Assembly: GCA_030820665.1 (NCBI GenBank)
Contig: GCA_030820665.1_4852.1
From: a phage
Length of the DNA stretch: 17,779 nucleotides
Direction: 5' to 3' (one strand)
The notes below the pieces were generated by a model. The model was given only the letters and a program-made list of their open reading frames with translations. It was not told where the DNA came from and ran no database searches. Shown here piece after piece: positions 1-7,436 of this stretch. Both the position numbers and the translations under genes were made by a program. Numbering within the stretch: the first letter of the stretch is position 1; each line of letters starts with the position of its first letter.

Positions 1-168
1 GGAGTAAAAGGTGTGAGTTGGGATGCAGAGAAAAATAAATGGAAGGCGCATTGCAGGGTTTTTGGGAAAAAATATACAGTAGGTAGGTTTTCATCAAAAG
101 AATATGCTGAGAGAGCCGTGGCGGAGTTCAGAGAGAAACATCACGGGGAGTTTTTTAATCATGGCTAG
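1..168 (+). CDS. HNH-family homing endonuclease, C-terminal fragment (AP2-like DNA-binding domain); 5' end lies outside the window
   Basis: Frame 1 is open from base 1 to TAG at 166-168. The translation GVKGVSWDAEKNKWKAHCRVFGKKYTVGRFSSKEYAERAVAEFREKHHGEFFNHG closely parallels the C-termini of the two complete HNH proteins in this window (GIKGVNW...NKWHARVGVNGKRFTVGYFS...EFRRMHHNEF and SGVKDVVWD...RWRVQITANGKHYYGGRFSS). Confidence 0.65.
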   Translation, partial: GVKGVSWDAEKNKWKAHCRVFGKKYTVGRFSSKEYAERAVAEFREKHHGEFFNHG

Positions 169-1585
169 AAAAAGACTCTCAAGTGTGGCAATCGAAAAAC
201 TTGAACAGGCGGTTGGAAACTCAACTTCAAAGCCTGAGTCTGCTGTATTTGGCATTGTTAACAAACTGCTTGCCGATGGTACGCCTAATGTTATAAAGCG
301 CCTAAAAATGACATCAACAGGCGTATCTGAAACAAACGAAGAACCAACAATCCTCATTCCCGAGAGAATGGAATTACTGCTTTATCCTCGCCGTTTCAAA
401 GTGTTCTATGGAGGTAGGGGCAGCGGAAAGACGGCTAACGTTGTTTCTTACCTTATAGAAAAGGCAAGATTTCGCAACAGCCGCGTCGGATGCTTTCGTG
501 AGATACAGAACTCAATCAAAGAATCAAGCTATGCCGAACTGGTTGATGAGATAAACAGGAAAGGACACACTCAGGAATATCGTTGCGTGGATGGTGAAAT
601 AACCCACCATTCAACGAGGTCAAAGTTTGTTTTCCGTGGTTTGTGGCGAAATATAACCGCCATTAAGGGTATGGCTGGCCTTACAGATGTATTCTGTGAA
701 GAATCAGAAAATATCAGCCAGGTTTCATGGGATACGCTAATCCCAACAGTCCGCGCCGCTGGCTCTGAAATTATTATTGTTTTTAACCCAAACAAAGAGA
801 CGGACCCGACATGGACTAACTTTGTTGCGCCTTATATTGACAAGATGGTTGACGGCATATATCAGGATGATGACATCGTTGTTGTTAATGTTAATTACAT
901 CCACAACCCGTGGTTCACGGAAGAACTTAAGCAGCACATGAACCAGATGAAAGCTGTGGATTATGATCGCTACCTTTGGGTGTATGAAGGCTTATTCAAC
1001 AAGCGGTCTGACGAAGCTGTTCTCGGGGGGAAATGGCAAACACTCGACTTTGAACCATCTCCTGAGTGGGGTGGGCCTTACTACGGCATTGACTTTGGTT
1101 TTTCTCAGGATGCAACAGCAGCAACTGAATCATATGTAGAAGATTTGGGTGATGGACGAAGAAACCTGTATATCTATCGTGACTTTGCAAAGGTTGGCCT
1201 TGAGATAACTGACACGCCGGAAGCGATGCGCTCAGCATTCCCAAATTCAGAGAAGTACAGATGGTATGGGGATTGCGCAAGACCTGAAACAATAAGCCAT
1301 ATACGACGCTCTGGATTCGATATTCATCCGTGCGCAAAATGGCCGGGGAGCATTGAGGACGGTATTACGTGGCTGCGTGGGTGTGACAGGATTTACGTGC
1401 ACTCAAGATGCAGGCACGTCATTGAAGAGATGACAATGTACAGCTATAAGGTGGACAAATTAACAGGTAACATACTCCCTGATATAGTTGATAAATACAA
1501 TCACGCGATTGATAGTTTACGCTATGGACTTGGAGATCACATCGTTCAACGCGGTAGCGGGATGCTAATCCGGCGCAGGCGATAA
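161..1585 (+). CDS. Terminase large subunit (TerL)
   Basis: Long ORF (track 104-1585) with a Walker A P-loop, VFYGGRGSGKT. ATG at 161 is preferred because GGAG lies about 10 nt upstream; 104 and 308 are alternatives. Size and position upstream of the portal fit a packaging ATPase/nuclease. Confidence 0.88.
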   Translation: MARKRLSSVAIEKLEQAVGNSTSKPESAVFGIVNKLLADGTPNVIKRLKMTSTGVSETNEEPTILIPERMELLLYPRRFKVFYGGRGSGKTANVVSYLIEKARFRNSRVGCFREIQNSIKESSYAELVDEINRKGHTQEYRCVDGEITHHSTRSKFVFRGLWRNITAIKGMAGLTDVFCEESENISQVSWDTLIPTVRAAGSEIIIVFNPNKETDPTWTNFVAPYIDKMVDGIYQDDDIVVVNVNYIHNPWFTEELKQHMNQMKAVDYDRYLWVYEGLFNKRSDEAVLGGKWQTLDFEPSPEWGGPYYGIDFGFSQDATAATESYVEDLGDGRRNLYIYRDFAKVGLEITDTPEAMRSAFPNSEKYRWYGDCARPETISHIRRSGFDIHPCAKWPGSIEDGITWLRGCDRIYVHSRCRHVIEEMTMYSYKVDKLTGNILPDIVDKYNHAIDSLRYGLGDHIVQRGSGMLIRRRR

Positions 1586-1601
1586 ATCCGCATCACCACA
1601 C

Positions 1602-1633
1602 TTGACCAATCTACACCGAGCGCATAGTATAAT
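1602..1633 (+). promoter_or_regulatory. Candidate sigma70-type promoter for the small-gene cluster
   Basis: TTGACC at 1602-1607, 17-nt spacer, TAGTAT at 1625-1630 (overlapping a perfect TATAAT at 1628-1633); about 30 nt upstream of the ATG at 1662. Confidence 0.35.
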
Positions 1634-1661
1634 CTACATCAGGCTTATCGGAGATATCACT

Positions 1662-1868
1662 ATGCGCAGCTATGCAGGGTTCACACAGGAGGAGAAAGAG
1701 CAGGTTTATTCACTGGCTCGGGCTGGTGTGCCAGATGAGGTGATTTGCCGTCGGTATGACATCGACGAGGATTTCCTGCTGCGCGTTATTGATGATGTCT
1801 TCGTTAACCTGCAAGAGAAGCGCGGATATAAAGGTATCTGCTGCAAGAATGATTTTTTGAGAGGGTGA
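1662..1868 (+). CDS. Hypothetical small protein (68 aa)
   Basis: ATG 1662 with GGAG about 8 nt upstream; ends at TGA 1866-1868 inside the SD/start of the next gene. No recognisable motif. Confidence 0.5.
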   Translation: MRSYAGFTQEEKEQVYSLARAGVPDEVICRRYDIDEDFLLRVIDDVFVNLQEKRGYKGICCKNDFLRG

Positions 1869-1872
1869 TGTG

Positions 1873-2067
1873 ATGATTAAGATGAGCAAGATGAGCAACA
1901 GAAGCAAGGTTTGCAGGATTGCTTTATTGCCAATCTTCCTGCCTGTGTGGTTGTTATGGGTTTTATTTTCTGGGGCGAGAAATCTATTTGAGTATCTTGA
2001 ATTTTGTCAGGCAAAGGTTATACGAAAATTCCATGATGTCATTGATAAGTGGTTTCCGCTTGGTTGA
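1873..2067 (+). CDS. Hypothetical small membrane protein (one predicted TM helix)
   Basis: GTG 1870 / ATG 1873 follows GAGGGTGATGTG; hydrophobic stretch IALLPIFLPVWLLWVLF. Confidence 0.5.
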   Translation: MIKMSKMSNRSKVCRIALLPIFLPVWLLWVLFSGARNLFEYLEFCQAKVIRKFHDVIDKWFPLG

Positions 2068-2076
2068 GGTGATGTG

Positions 2077-2244
2077 ATGAAAATTGAAGAAACAGTTAAC
2101 TGCATGGCGATTAATGTGTTCACGGATTGCGATACCATTTGCGTGCAGGATTTCACTGGCGATTATGTCAGGATTGACAAACACCAAGCCGCGCAGCTAA
2201 TCGAAGTCCTGCAACGCTGGGTTAATGGTGAGGAAATTGAGTGA
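2077..2244 (+). CDS. Hypothetical small protein (55 aa; below the ORF-track cutoff)
   Basis: ATG 2077 preceded by GAGGTGATGTG. Translates MKIEETVNCMAINVFTDCDTICVQDFTGDYVRIDKHQAAQLIEVLQRWVNGEEIE. Its TGA (2242-2244) overlaps the next ATG (2244). Confidence 0.4.
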   Translation: MKIEETVNCMAINVFTDCDTICVQDFTGDYVRIDKHQAAQLIEVLQRWVNGEEIE

Positions 2245-2429
2245 TGAGTGTTTATTTCATTCATGGTGAAGTGCTTGATGGTGGTGATGTTGTTACCAAG
2301 GTTTGCGCGACATCTACGGCATCAAACGCCAGTGAAGCGTTTGATTGGTTTTTGGGTTGCGAATTGGTTGTAAAGTACGAAATAAAAGGCTACGACGTCA
2401 TCATTGATAAACTGGAAAAGGTGGAGTGA
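2244..2429 (+). CDS. Hypothetical small protein (61 aa)
   Basis: TGATG stop/start overlap with the upstream gene; ends at TGA 2427-2429, overlapping the next start. Confidence 0.5.
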   Translation: MSVYFIHGEVLDGGDVVTKVCATSTASNASEAFDWFLGCELVVKYEIKGYDVIIDKLEKVE

Positions 2430-2626
2430 TGCATTTCAAATCACTAAATACCATAAGGAACGAGATGGTTGGTGGCAAATATAAAAACCACAGAGACGAA
2501 GTAGTAACCGTTGTTAATGTTGTTGGCGCTGGCGGTGGTTATCAGGTCCATTTTAATTACGGCATGCCATACAATGTGGTTTGCGGACTTGGCAAGTTCA
2601 GGCAGCGATACCCGCATAAGGTTTAG
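2429..2626 (+). CDS. Hypothetical small protein (65 aa), glycine-rich beta-type
   Basis: GGTGGAGTGATG junction (SD plus overlapping stop/start); followed by the terminator at 2647-2677. Confidence 0.5.
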   Translation: MHFKSLNTIRNEMVGGKYKNHRDEVVTVVNVVGAGGGYQVHFNYGMPYNVVCGLGKFRQRYPHKV

Positions 2627-2640
2627 CCATATACCATCCA

Positions 2641-2649
2641 TGCTATAAT
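2641..2649 (+). promoter_or_regulatory. Candidate extended -10 promoter (TGcTATAAT) upstream of the portal gene
   Basis: TG at 2641-2642 and TATAAT at 2644-2649; weak -35. The -10 overlaps the left arm of the terminator hairpin. Confidence 0.3.
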
Positions 2650-2677
2650 CCCATCCAACGTGATGGGATTTTTTATT
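2647..2677 (+). terminator. Rho-independent terminator
   Basis: Perfect 9-bp stem AATCCCATC (2647-2655) / GATGGGATT (2662-2670), 6-nt loop, then a T-run. Confidence 0.7.
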
Positions 2678-2685
2678 GGTGACAT

Positions 2686-4098
2686 ATGTCAAAAATTGAT
2701 GCACTAAACGCTTATATACGCGACCGCGTAGCGAACAATAACCGGGCGATCCAGCAGCAACGGCTTTGCGCTGGCGGGAAGAATCTGGACCAGAAGCGAG
2801 AGTTCATGTGGAAGGAACTTGGCTACCCGCAGGAAATCACCGCCGAGATGTTCCGCTATGCCTATGAGCGACACCCAGCCGCCGCCGCTGGAATTAACCG
2901 CATTATTAATAAATGTTGGCAGAAATACCCTGAAGTTGTCGAAGATGGCGAGGATGACAAGAACTCAACGACATGGGAGCTGTCCATCAACGACATGATG
3001 AAGCGCGCCTACCCGTTCATCAAGGAGGCTGATAAGCGCAACGCCATCAACCGCTATTCCGCTGTTATCCTGCAAATCCGTGACGGCAAACAGTGGAGTG
3101 AGCCTGTAGACATTACAAAAACCCGCCGCATTAAAGATAAATCCATCGCTCGCTTTATTCCGGTATGGGAAGAGCAGCTACGCGTTAGCGCATGGAATAA
3201 CGACGAAACCAGCGAAGACTACGGAATGCCTGAGATGTACGAATATCAGGAAAGCGCCGTGGAGGACTTCGATAGCGATGGCAAGCCTGAGCGTTCCGTG
3301 CAGATTCACCCTGACCGCATCATCATTCTGGCTGAGGGTAGTTTTGACGGCAGTATGTTCAGTGGCATCCCGATGTTGCGTGCTGGCTACAATAGCCTTA
3401 TCGACATGGCTAAGGTTTCAGGTAGTTCAGCAGAAGGATTCCTGAAGAATGCCAGCCGTCAACTGGCTGTTAACTACACGAAGGACAACGTAACGCCAGC
3501 AAGCCTTGCGCAGTCTATGGGTGTCGATATTGAAGAACTCACTGACATCATGAATGAGAACATCGAAGCGCTAAACTCAGGCATCGACGCAGCTATGTTC
3601 ACAATGGGGGCGGATGCAAAGGTGCTTGCCGTAACGCCAGCCGACCCGAAACCAACATGGGAAGTGGCTGCCAACCAGTTCGCTGCATCAATGGCGCTTC
3701 CGTTCACCGTCATTTTTGGTCAGCAAACCGGACGCCTTGCGAGTGATGAGGACAAGATGCAGGAGGCGATGACAGCCAAGCAGCGCCGCGAAACGTGGGT
3801 TGATTATGTCATCTCAATGTTCGTTGAGCGCATGATTCAGTTCGGCATTGTCGATAAAGCACCGGCAAATGGCTACAAGGTTAAGTGGGATGATCTGCTT
3901 GCCCCATCAGAGCTGGATAAAGCTGAATTGCTGTCCAAGCTCGCCACTGCGAACAAGTCCTTCTTTGATGCTGGTCAATCTGCACTGCTGACCGTCGATG
4001 AAGCTCGCGGCATGGTTTGCATGGAGCCAATTGAACTTGACGAAAGCTATCGCGAAGACACACCGCCGGAAGACGAAAATGAAGATACTCCGGTTTAA
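2686..4098 (+). CDS. Portal protein (putative)
   Basis: 470-aa ORF immediately downstream of TerL and upstream of a MuF-like gene, with an acidic C-terminal tail ([11 protein letters not shown]). Called from size and gene order, not from a specific motif. Confidence 0.7.
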   Translation: MSKIDALNAYIRDRVANNNRAIQQQRLCAGGKNLDQKREFMWKELGYPQEITAEMFRYAYERHPAAAAGINRIINKCWQKYPEVVEDGEDDKNSTTWELSINDMMKRAYPFIKEADKRNAINRYSAVILQIRDGKQWSEPVDITKTRRIKDKSIARFIPVWEEQLRVSAWNNDETSEDYGMPEMYEYQESAVEDFDSDGKPERSVQIHPDRIIILAEGSFDGSMFSGIPMLRAGYNSLIDMAKVSGSSAEGFLKNASRQLAVNYTKDNVTPASLAQSMGVDIEELTDIMNENIEALNSGIDAAMFTMGADAKVLAVTPADPKPTWEVAANQFAASMALPFTVIFGQQTGRLASDEDKMQEAMTAKQRRETWVDYVISMFVERMIQFGIVDKAPANGYKVKWDDLLAPSELDKAELLSKLATANKSFFDAGQSALLTVDEARGMVCMEPIELDESYREDTPPEDENEDTPV

Positions 4099-5029
4099 CG
4101 CAAGGCTACCCCAACCGCGCATATCGCAGAGCCTGACAGACCCGCTGGGTGCTGCGACTCGCCTGTCGAAGATGGATAAGGTGATAACGCGCAAATACAA
4201 ACAATTCAGGACTCGTGCTCTTGAGTTGTTTCGCACTATTCCGAACGGTCAGGCTAATGCAGAATCAAGCGGTCTGTATTTCTACGATTTCAGCAGTGCA
4301 CGGGCTGCCACTTTCATGGATGAGTTACAGGCGCTGATTGACGAGATTCTTCTTGAAGGTGATGATTTCGGTCACGGCAGGATGTGGGCCAATGTGTTCA
4401 TTGGTGATGCGTATCAGGCCGGAACACAAAAGGCTAACTCAGAACTGTCAAGCCTGTCTCCGGTTTACGCTGAGCAGAGGCCGATTGCCGCGATACTCTA
4501 CAGTGAGCCTTACCTGAATCGGCTCCAACTGGCTTATACGCAAGGTTACTCAGACTGGCGCGGATTGAGTGATTACTCCCGCCAGCAACTGGCATCTGTC
4601 ATTATGGAAGGCATTGCCCGTGGCGCTAATCCTCGCGATGTTGAAGCTGACATTGTTAAACGTGTTGATGTATCTCACAGCTACGCGAAACAGTTGGCGC
4701 AGACTGAAATAACCGGAACGCTACGTCAGGCTAACAGGCGGGAGGTCATTGAGGCGCGCGAAGAGTTAGGCATTGAGACGGTGATGCTGTGGCAATCGGC
4801 GTTGATGCGCACAACCCGCCAGACGCACGCAGCGCGACACGGACGGTTTTATACACCAGAAGAGATTGACACGTTTTATAGCGAGAATGGCAATAAATAT
4901 AATTGTCACTGTGCACAAACACCAGCATTGCTAATGGATGGGAAACCAGTCATTCTTGAATCCTCGCAGGAAAGGCTTGATAAACAGCGTGAAGCATGGC
5001 AATCAGTCAACAAAAAGCCCTCTAAGTGA
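4079..5029 (+). CDS. Head morphogenesis protein, MuF / SPP1 gp7-like (minor head protein)
   Basis: ORF track 3998-5029; the ATG at 4079 (MKILRF...) overlaps the portal stop by 20 nt. Position after the portal and about 315 aa fit the MuF-like family. Start is uncertain (4172 is an alternative). Confidence 0.65.
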   Translation: MKILRFNARLPQPRISQSLTDPLGAATRLSKMDKVITRKYKQFRTRALELFRTIPNGQANAESSGLYFYDFSSARAATFMDELQALIDEILLEGDDFGHGRMWANVFIGDAYQAGTQKANSELSSLSPVYAEQRPIAAILYSEPYLNRLQLAYTQGYSDWRGLSDYSRQQLASVIMEGIARGANPRDVEADIVKRVDVSHSYAKQLAQTEITGTLRQANRREVIEAREELGIETVMLWQSALMRTTRQTHAARHGRFYTPEEIDTFYSENGNKYNCHCAQTPALLMDGKPVILESSQERLDKQREAWQSVNKKPSK

Positions 5030-5047
5030 GGGCTTGGTTTTGTCTTG
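5016..5047. terminator. Rho-independent terminator between convergent genes
   Basis: AGCCCTC (5016-5022) / GAGGGCT (5028-5034) stem with a 5-nt loop, followed by TGGTTTTGTCTTG. The stem overlaps the stop codon of the MuF-like gene. Confidence 0.6.
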
Positions 5048-5112
5048 TGAGCATACACAGAACAAATATTATTATCGCATAGCACAATATCTCTACGATG
5101 CTGAATATTGTT

Positions 5113-5757
5113 TTAATCATCCAGTTTCACGCCTGGAATTTTTCCTGCTGCAATGGCTTCATAAATTAGCTTGGCCTCGTCCTCGCGCCTGTAATCTTGA
5201 GCTGCCATTTCTAACACCGCGCAGATAGACTCAAGTACAGCCTCATGCTTCTTTTCTGCTTCTGTGCGTAGTGGTTTTAGGCTTTCCGGTACGAAGCAGC
5301 ATGACCGACCAGCACCACCTTCATCCCAATAGCAAACAGCCACATCGTTTCCGTCCGTTGTTGTCTTGTGCGCTACAACTTCCATTTCAGTGCCAGCATC
5401 AGGAATCCAGTCATTGCAGTATCCTAACTTTGGATTAAAGAAGAATTCTACTTTTGCACCAACTGGCGGCAGGCCTTCTCCATTCCATGTCTGCTTTTGC
5501 AATGCTGCTAGCGCGGATTCATACAAGTCGCGAGTTATCATACAATAATCCGTGGCTACGCTGACATAGCGACCGGGTATGGGGATTGCCACGGTGTACT
5601 GAAATGGCACATCAAAACCATCGCTATATCCCTTTGGGAAACAAAAAGCAATTGTGATACTGTCACCATTGAAATCACCAACTCGACACCTCTCAGCACC
5701 ATCAGGCCACCCACCACGCTTAGGTAATTCTTGAACTAACAGGTCGATAAGTTTCAT
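5113..5757 (-). CDS. Hypothetical protein (214 aa), distal gene of the minus-strand operon
   Basis: Uninterrupted minus-strand ORF; its start overlaps the stop of the upstream gene (5754-5757). No motif recognised. Confidence 0.65.
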   Translation of the reverse strand: MKLIDLLVQELPKRGGWPDGAERCRVGDFNGDSITIAFCFPKGYSDGFDVPFQYTVAIPIPGRYVSVATDYCMITRDLYESALAALQKQTWNGEGLPPVGAKVEFFFNPKLGYCNDWIPDAGTEMEVVAHKTTTDGNDVAVCYWDEGGAGRSCCFVPESLKPLRTEAEKKHEAVLESICAVLEMAAQDYRREDEAKLIYEAIAAGKIPGVKLDD

Positions 5758-6068
5758 TTTGTTTCTCCCAATGCTTTATTAACCGCGGCACGTGCATTAT
5801 CCAGAGCGCGACGCTTGCTTGATGTTGTCCAGCATTTTCCGGAGTGGTCGTCGTAGATTTCCAGAAGTTGCTGGAGTGCTGATAACAGGTCAGGAGATGC
5901 CGCTATTAGCCTTGCGTTATGCCATTGCTCGGTTTTATCACCGTTATATGTTGGAGTGAATGCAACCTCGACACCAATATCCGAGATAACATCTGGCGCG
6001 TTATCATCACCAACAACAACTTCCCATTTTCCATGCGTACCTTTAAATTCTTTCACATCCAACCTCAC
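5754..6068 (-). CDS. Hypothetical protein (104 aa), GTG start
   Basis: Minus ORF with no internal Met; the GTG start at 6068 overlaps the TGA of the upstream mini-ORF (GTGA). Confidence 0.55.
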   Translation of the reverse strand: MRLDVKEFKGTHGKWEVVVGDDNAPDVISDIGVEVAFTPTYNGDKTEQWHNARLIAASPDLLSALQQLLEIYDDHSGKCWTTSSKRRALDNARAAVNKALGETK

Positions 6069-6208
6069 TTAATATACTCAACAATCTCAACTTCACGCAT
6101 CTGCACCAGGCCAAATGGTGCAACCACCTTACCGCACGGACGGATTTTGATTTGCTCAAGGTTGAACACTCCGCAGCGTCCGTTTTCTTTGAATTTGACC
6201 ATTACCAT
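6065..6208 (-). CDS. Hypothetical mini-protein (47 aa)
   Basis: Hand translation of the minus strand: MVMVKFKENGRCGVFNLEQIKIRPCGKVVAPFGLVQMREVEIVEYIK. Packed between neighbours with overlapping stop/start codons. Confidence 0.4.
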   Translation of the reverse strand: MVMVKFKENGRCGVFNLEQIKIRPCGKVVAPFGLVQMREVEIVEYIK

Positions 6209-6210
6209 AA

Positions 6211-6369
6211 TTAATACCCGTTTTTCTTGGCTAATTGTTGCGCACGTTTCTTCGTGTACCCACAGGCCATCAGGCGCTTGACCTCGTTGCGGCGCCTTGC
6301 GAAATGGTACTCACGAGAATTAAATGCACATTCGTTGCTAAAGTTAACATTACGTGGATTCATCTTCAT
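6211..6369 (-). CDS. Hypothetical basic mini-protein (52 aa), first gene of the minus-strand operon
   Basis: Hand translation: MKMNPRNVNFSNECAFNSREYHFARRRNEVKRLMACGYTKKRAQQLAKKNGY. Strong SD (GAGGTGATGAAG then ATG) on the minus strand; Lys/Arg-rich C-terminal half. Confidence 0.45.
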   Translation of the reverse strand: MKMNPRNVNFSNECAFNSREYHFARRRNEVKRLMACGYTKKRAQQLAKKNGY

Positions 6370-6432
6370 CACCTCATTCATCACTTGATGTAGATACTAT
6401 GCACCAACAACCAATCTACGTCAACACCATTG

Positions 6433-6441
6433 TGATAGAAT
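6433..6441 (+). promoter_or_regulatory. Candidate extended -10 promoter (TGaTAGAAT) for the lysis cassette
   Basis: TG at 6433-6434, TAGAAT at 6436-6441, about 27 nt upstream of the GGAGG SD of the 6468 gene; lies in a divergent intergenic region. Confidence 0.3.
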
Positions 6442-6467
6442 TAATCATTATTTGAACTGGAGGCAGA

Positions 6468-6746
6468 ATGAAACTATCGCAACGAGGCGTGGAGACGTTT
6501 GGAATTACCGATGCCGTGAATATATCGCCTTACATCACTACCGAGACAACGCAGAATCAGTTCGACGCGCTGGCAAGTCTTGCCACCGACATTGGCATTT
6601 ACGCGTTCCGTAAATCAACGCTTCTGAAGAAGCACAACCTCCGCTGCTTCTCATGTGCTGTTGCGCATTTCATCGCGTGGGGCGAGAAGACTGGCGACAA
6701 AGCAAAACGCAAAGCTGAAAAAGAGGTTTACTGGTATGGCTATTAG
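6468..6746 (+). CDS. GH24 (T4/P22-type) lysozyme-like protein, truncated; probably catalytically inactive
   Basis: Strong SD (GGAGG, 5-nt spacer). The C-terminal half, TQNQFDALASLATDIGIYAFRKSTLLKKHNLR...AHFIAWGEKTGDK, matches the conserved C-lobe of GH24 phage lysozymes (recalled P22 gp19-type NQNQYDALCSL..IG.SAF.GSTVLRQLNL...AF..W). The N-terminal catalytic region is reduced to about 27 residues. Confidence 0.55.
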   Translation: MKLSQRGVETFGITDAVNISPYITTETTQNQFDALASLATDIGIYAFRKSTLLKKHNLRCFSCAVAHFIAWGEKTGDKAKRKAEKEVYWYGY

Positions 6747-7200
6747 TAAAAACATGAAGGCGTTTCTGGATATGCTGGCGTACAGCGAGGGCACTGATAA
6801 CGGGCGGCAGAAAACCAATAATCATGGTTATGATGTGATTGTTGGCGGCTCACTGTTTACCGACTATTCCGACCACCCGCGCAAGCTGATTAGCCTGCCA
6901 AGGCTGGGCATTAAATCCACCGCCGCCGGTCGCTATCAGGTACTGGCTAAGTTTTATGATGCGTACAAAAAGCAATTGCGTTTACCGGACTTCTCCCCCG
7001 CATCGCAGGACGCCATTGCAATGCAGCTAATCCGTGAATGCAAGGCCACCGCTGATATTGAGGCTGGTCGCATTGCTGATGCCATCCATAAATGCCGCTC
7101 CCGCTGGGCCTCATTGCCGGGCGCTGGGTATGGTCAGCATGAGCAGAAGCTGGATAAGCTGATTCAGGTATACAAAGAGGCTGGCGGAGCTGTGGCATGA
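6736..7200 (+). CDS. Endolysin, lambda R-type lytic transglycosylase
   Basis: From the ATG at 6736 (AAGAGG SD upstream) the protein is MAISKNMKAFLDMLAYSEGTDNGRQKTNNHGYDVIVGG...WASLPGAGYGQ..., near-colinear with lambda R as recalled, including the catalytic Glu context LAYSEGTD. Confidence 0.88.
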   Translation: MAISKNMKAFLDMLAYSEGTDNGRQKTNNHGYDVIVGGSLFTDYSDHPRKLISLPRLGIKSTAAGRYQVLAKFYDAYKKQLRLPDFSPASQDAIAMQLIRECKATADIEAGRIADAIHKCRSRWASLPGAGYGQHEQKLDKLIQVYKEAGGAVA

Positions 7201-7436
7201 AAAAGCTAAGCAACTGGCTGCTCGCCGCGTGGATTTCATTCTGCTCGCTGTTACAACTATGGCCTGATGCAATGATGCATGTGTGGGTAATGATGCCGGA
7301 TGACCTGAAAGCAGCGCTACCGCTAATCGTGGTCAAAGGTGTGAGTTACTCAATTATGCTTGTCGGCATCATCGGCAAAATGCACGGCATGAGGAAGGAA
7401 AACCGGAGGCTGCGCAATGATGTCGATTCTCGTTAA
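7197..7436 (+). CDS. Putative holin (two predicted TM helices, charged C-terminus)
   Basis: 79 aa; the ATGA overlaps the endolysin stop. Hydrophobic segments LSNWLLAAWISFCSLLQLW and LPLIVVKGVSYSIMLVGIIG, then KMHGMRKENRRLRNDVDSR. Confidence 0.45.
   Translation: MKKLSNWLLAAWISFCSLLQLWPDAMMHVWVMMPDDLKAALPLIVVKGVSYSIMLVGIIGKMHGMRKENRRLRNDVDSR

Noticed and set aside
94-1337. Minus-strand ORFs 94-357, 571-795, 737-937 and 996-1337 inside the terminase gene
   Set aside because: All are anti-sense to a long plus-strand ORF with a clear Walker A motif; no SD signals were seen and their products are low-complexity. Treated as shadow ORFs.
3474-4236. Minus-strand ORFs 3474-3713, 3881-4063 and 3907-4236 inside the portal / MuF-like genes
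   Set aside because: Anti-sense overlaps of long plus-strand genes; Arg/Cys-rich translations typical of the reverse frame of coding DNA.
4938-6281. Plus-strand ORFs 4938-5228, 5366-5548 and 5919-6281 over the minus-strand operon
   Set aside because: Fragmented and uncoupled, whereas the minus strand carries four contiguous ORFs with overlapping start/stop codons and SD sequences. The minus-strand reading was preferred.
6655-6746. Upstream extension of the endolysin ORF to 6655 (181-aa version)
   Set aside because: The first 27 codons overlap the lysozyme-like gene in another frame and have no R-type similarity; the ATG at 6736 has an AAGAGG SD and starts the region colinear with lambda R.
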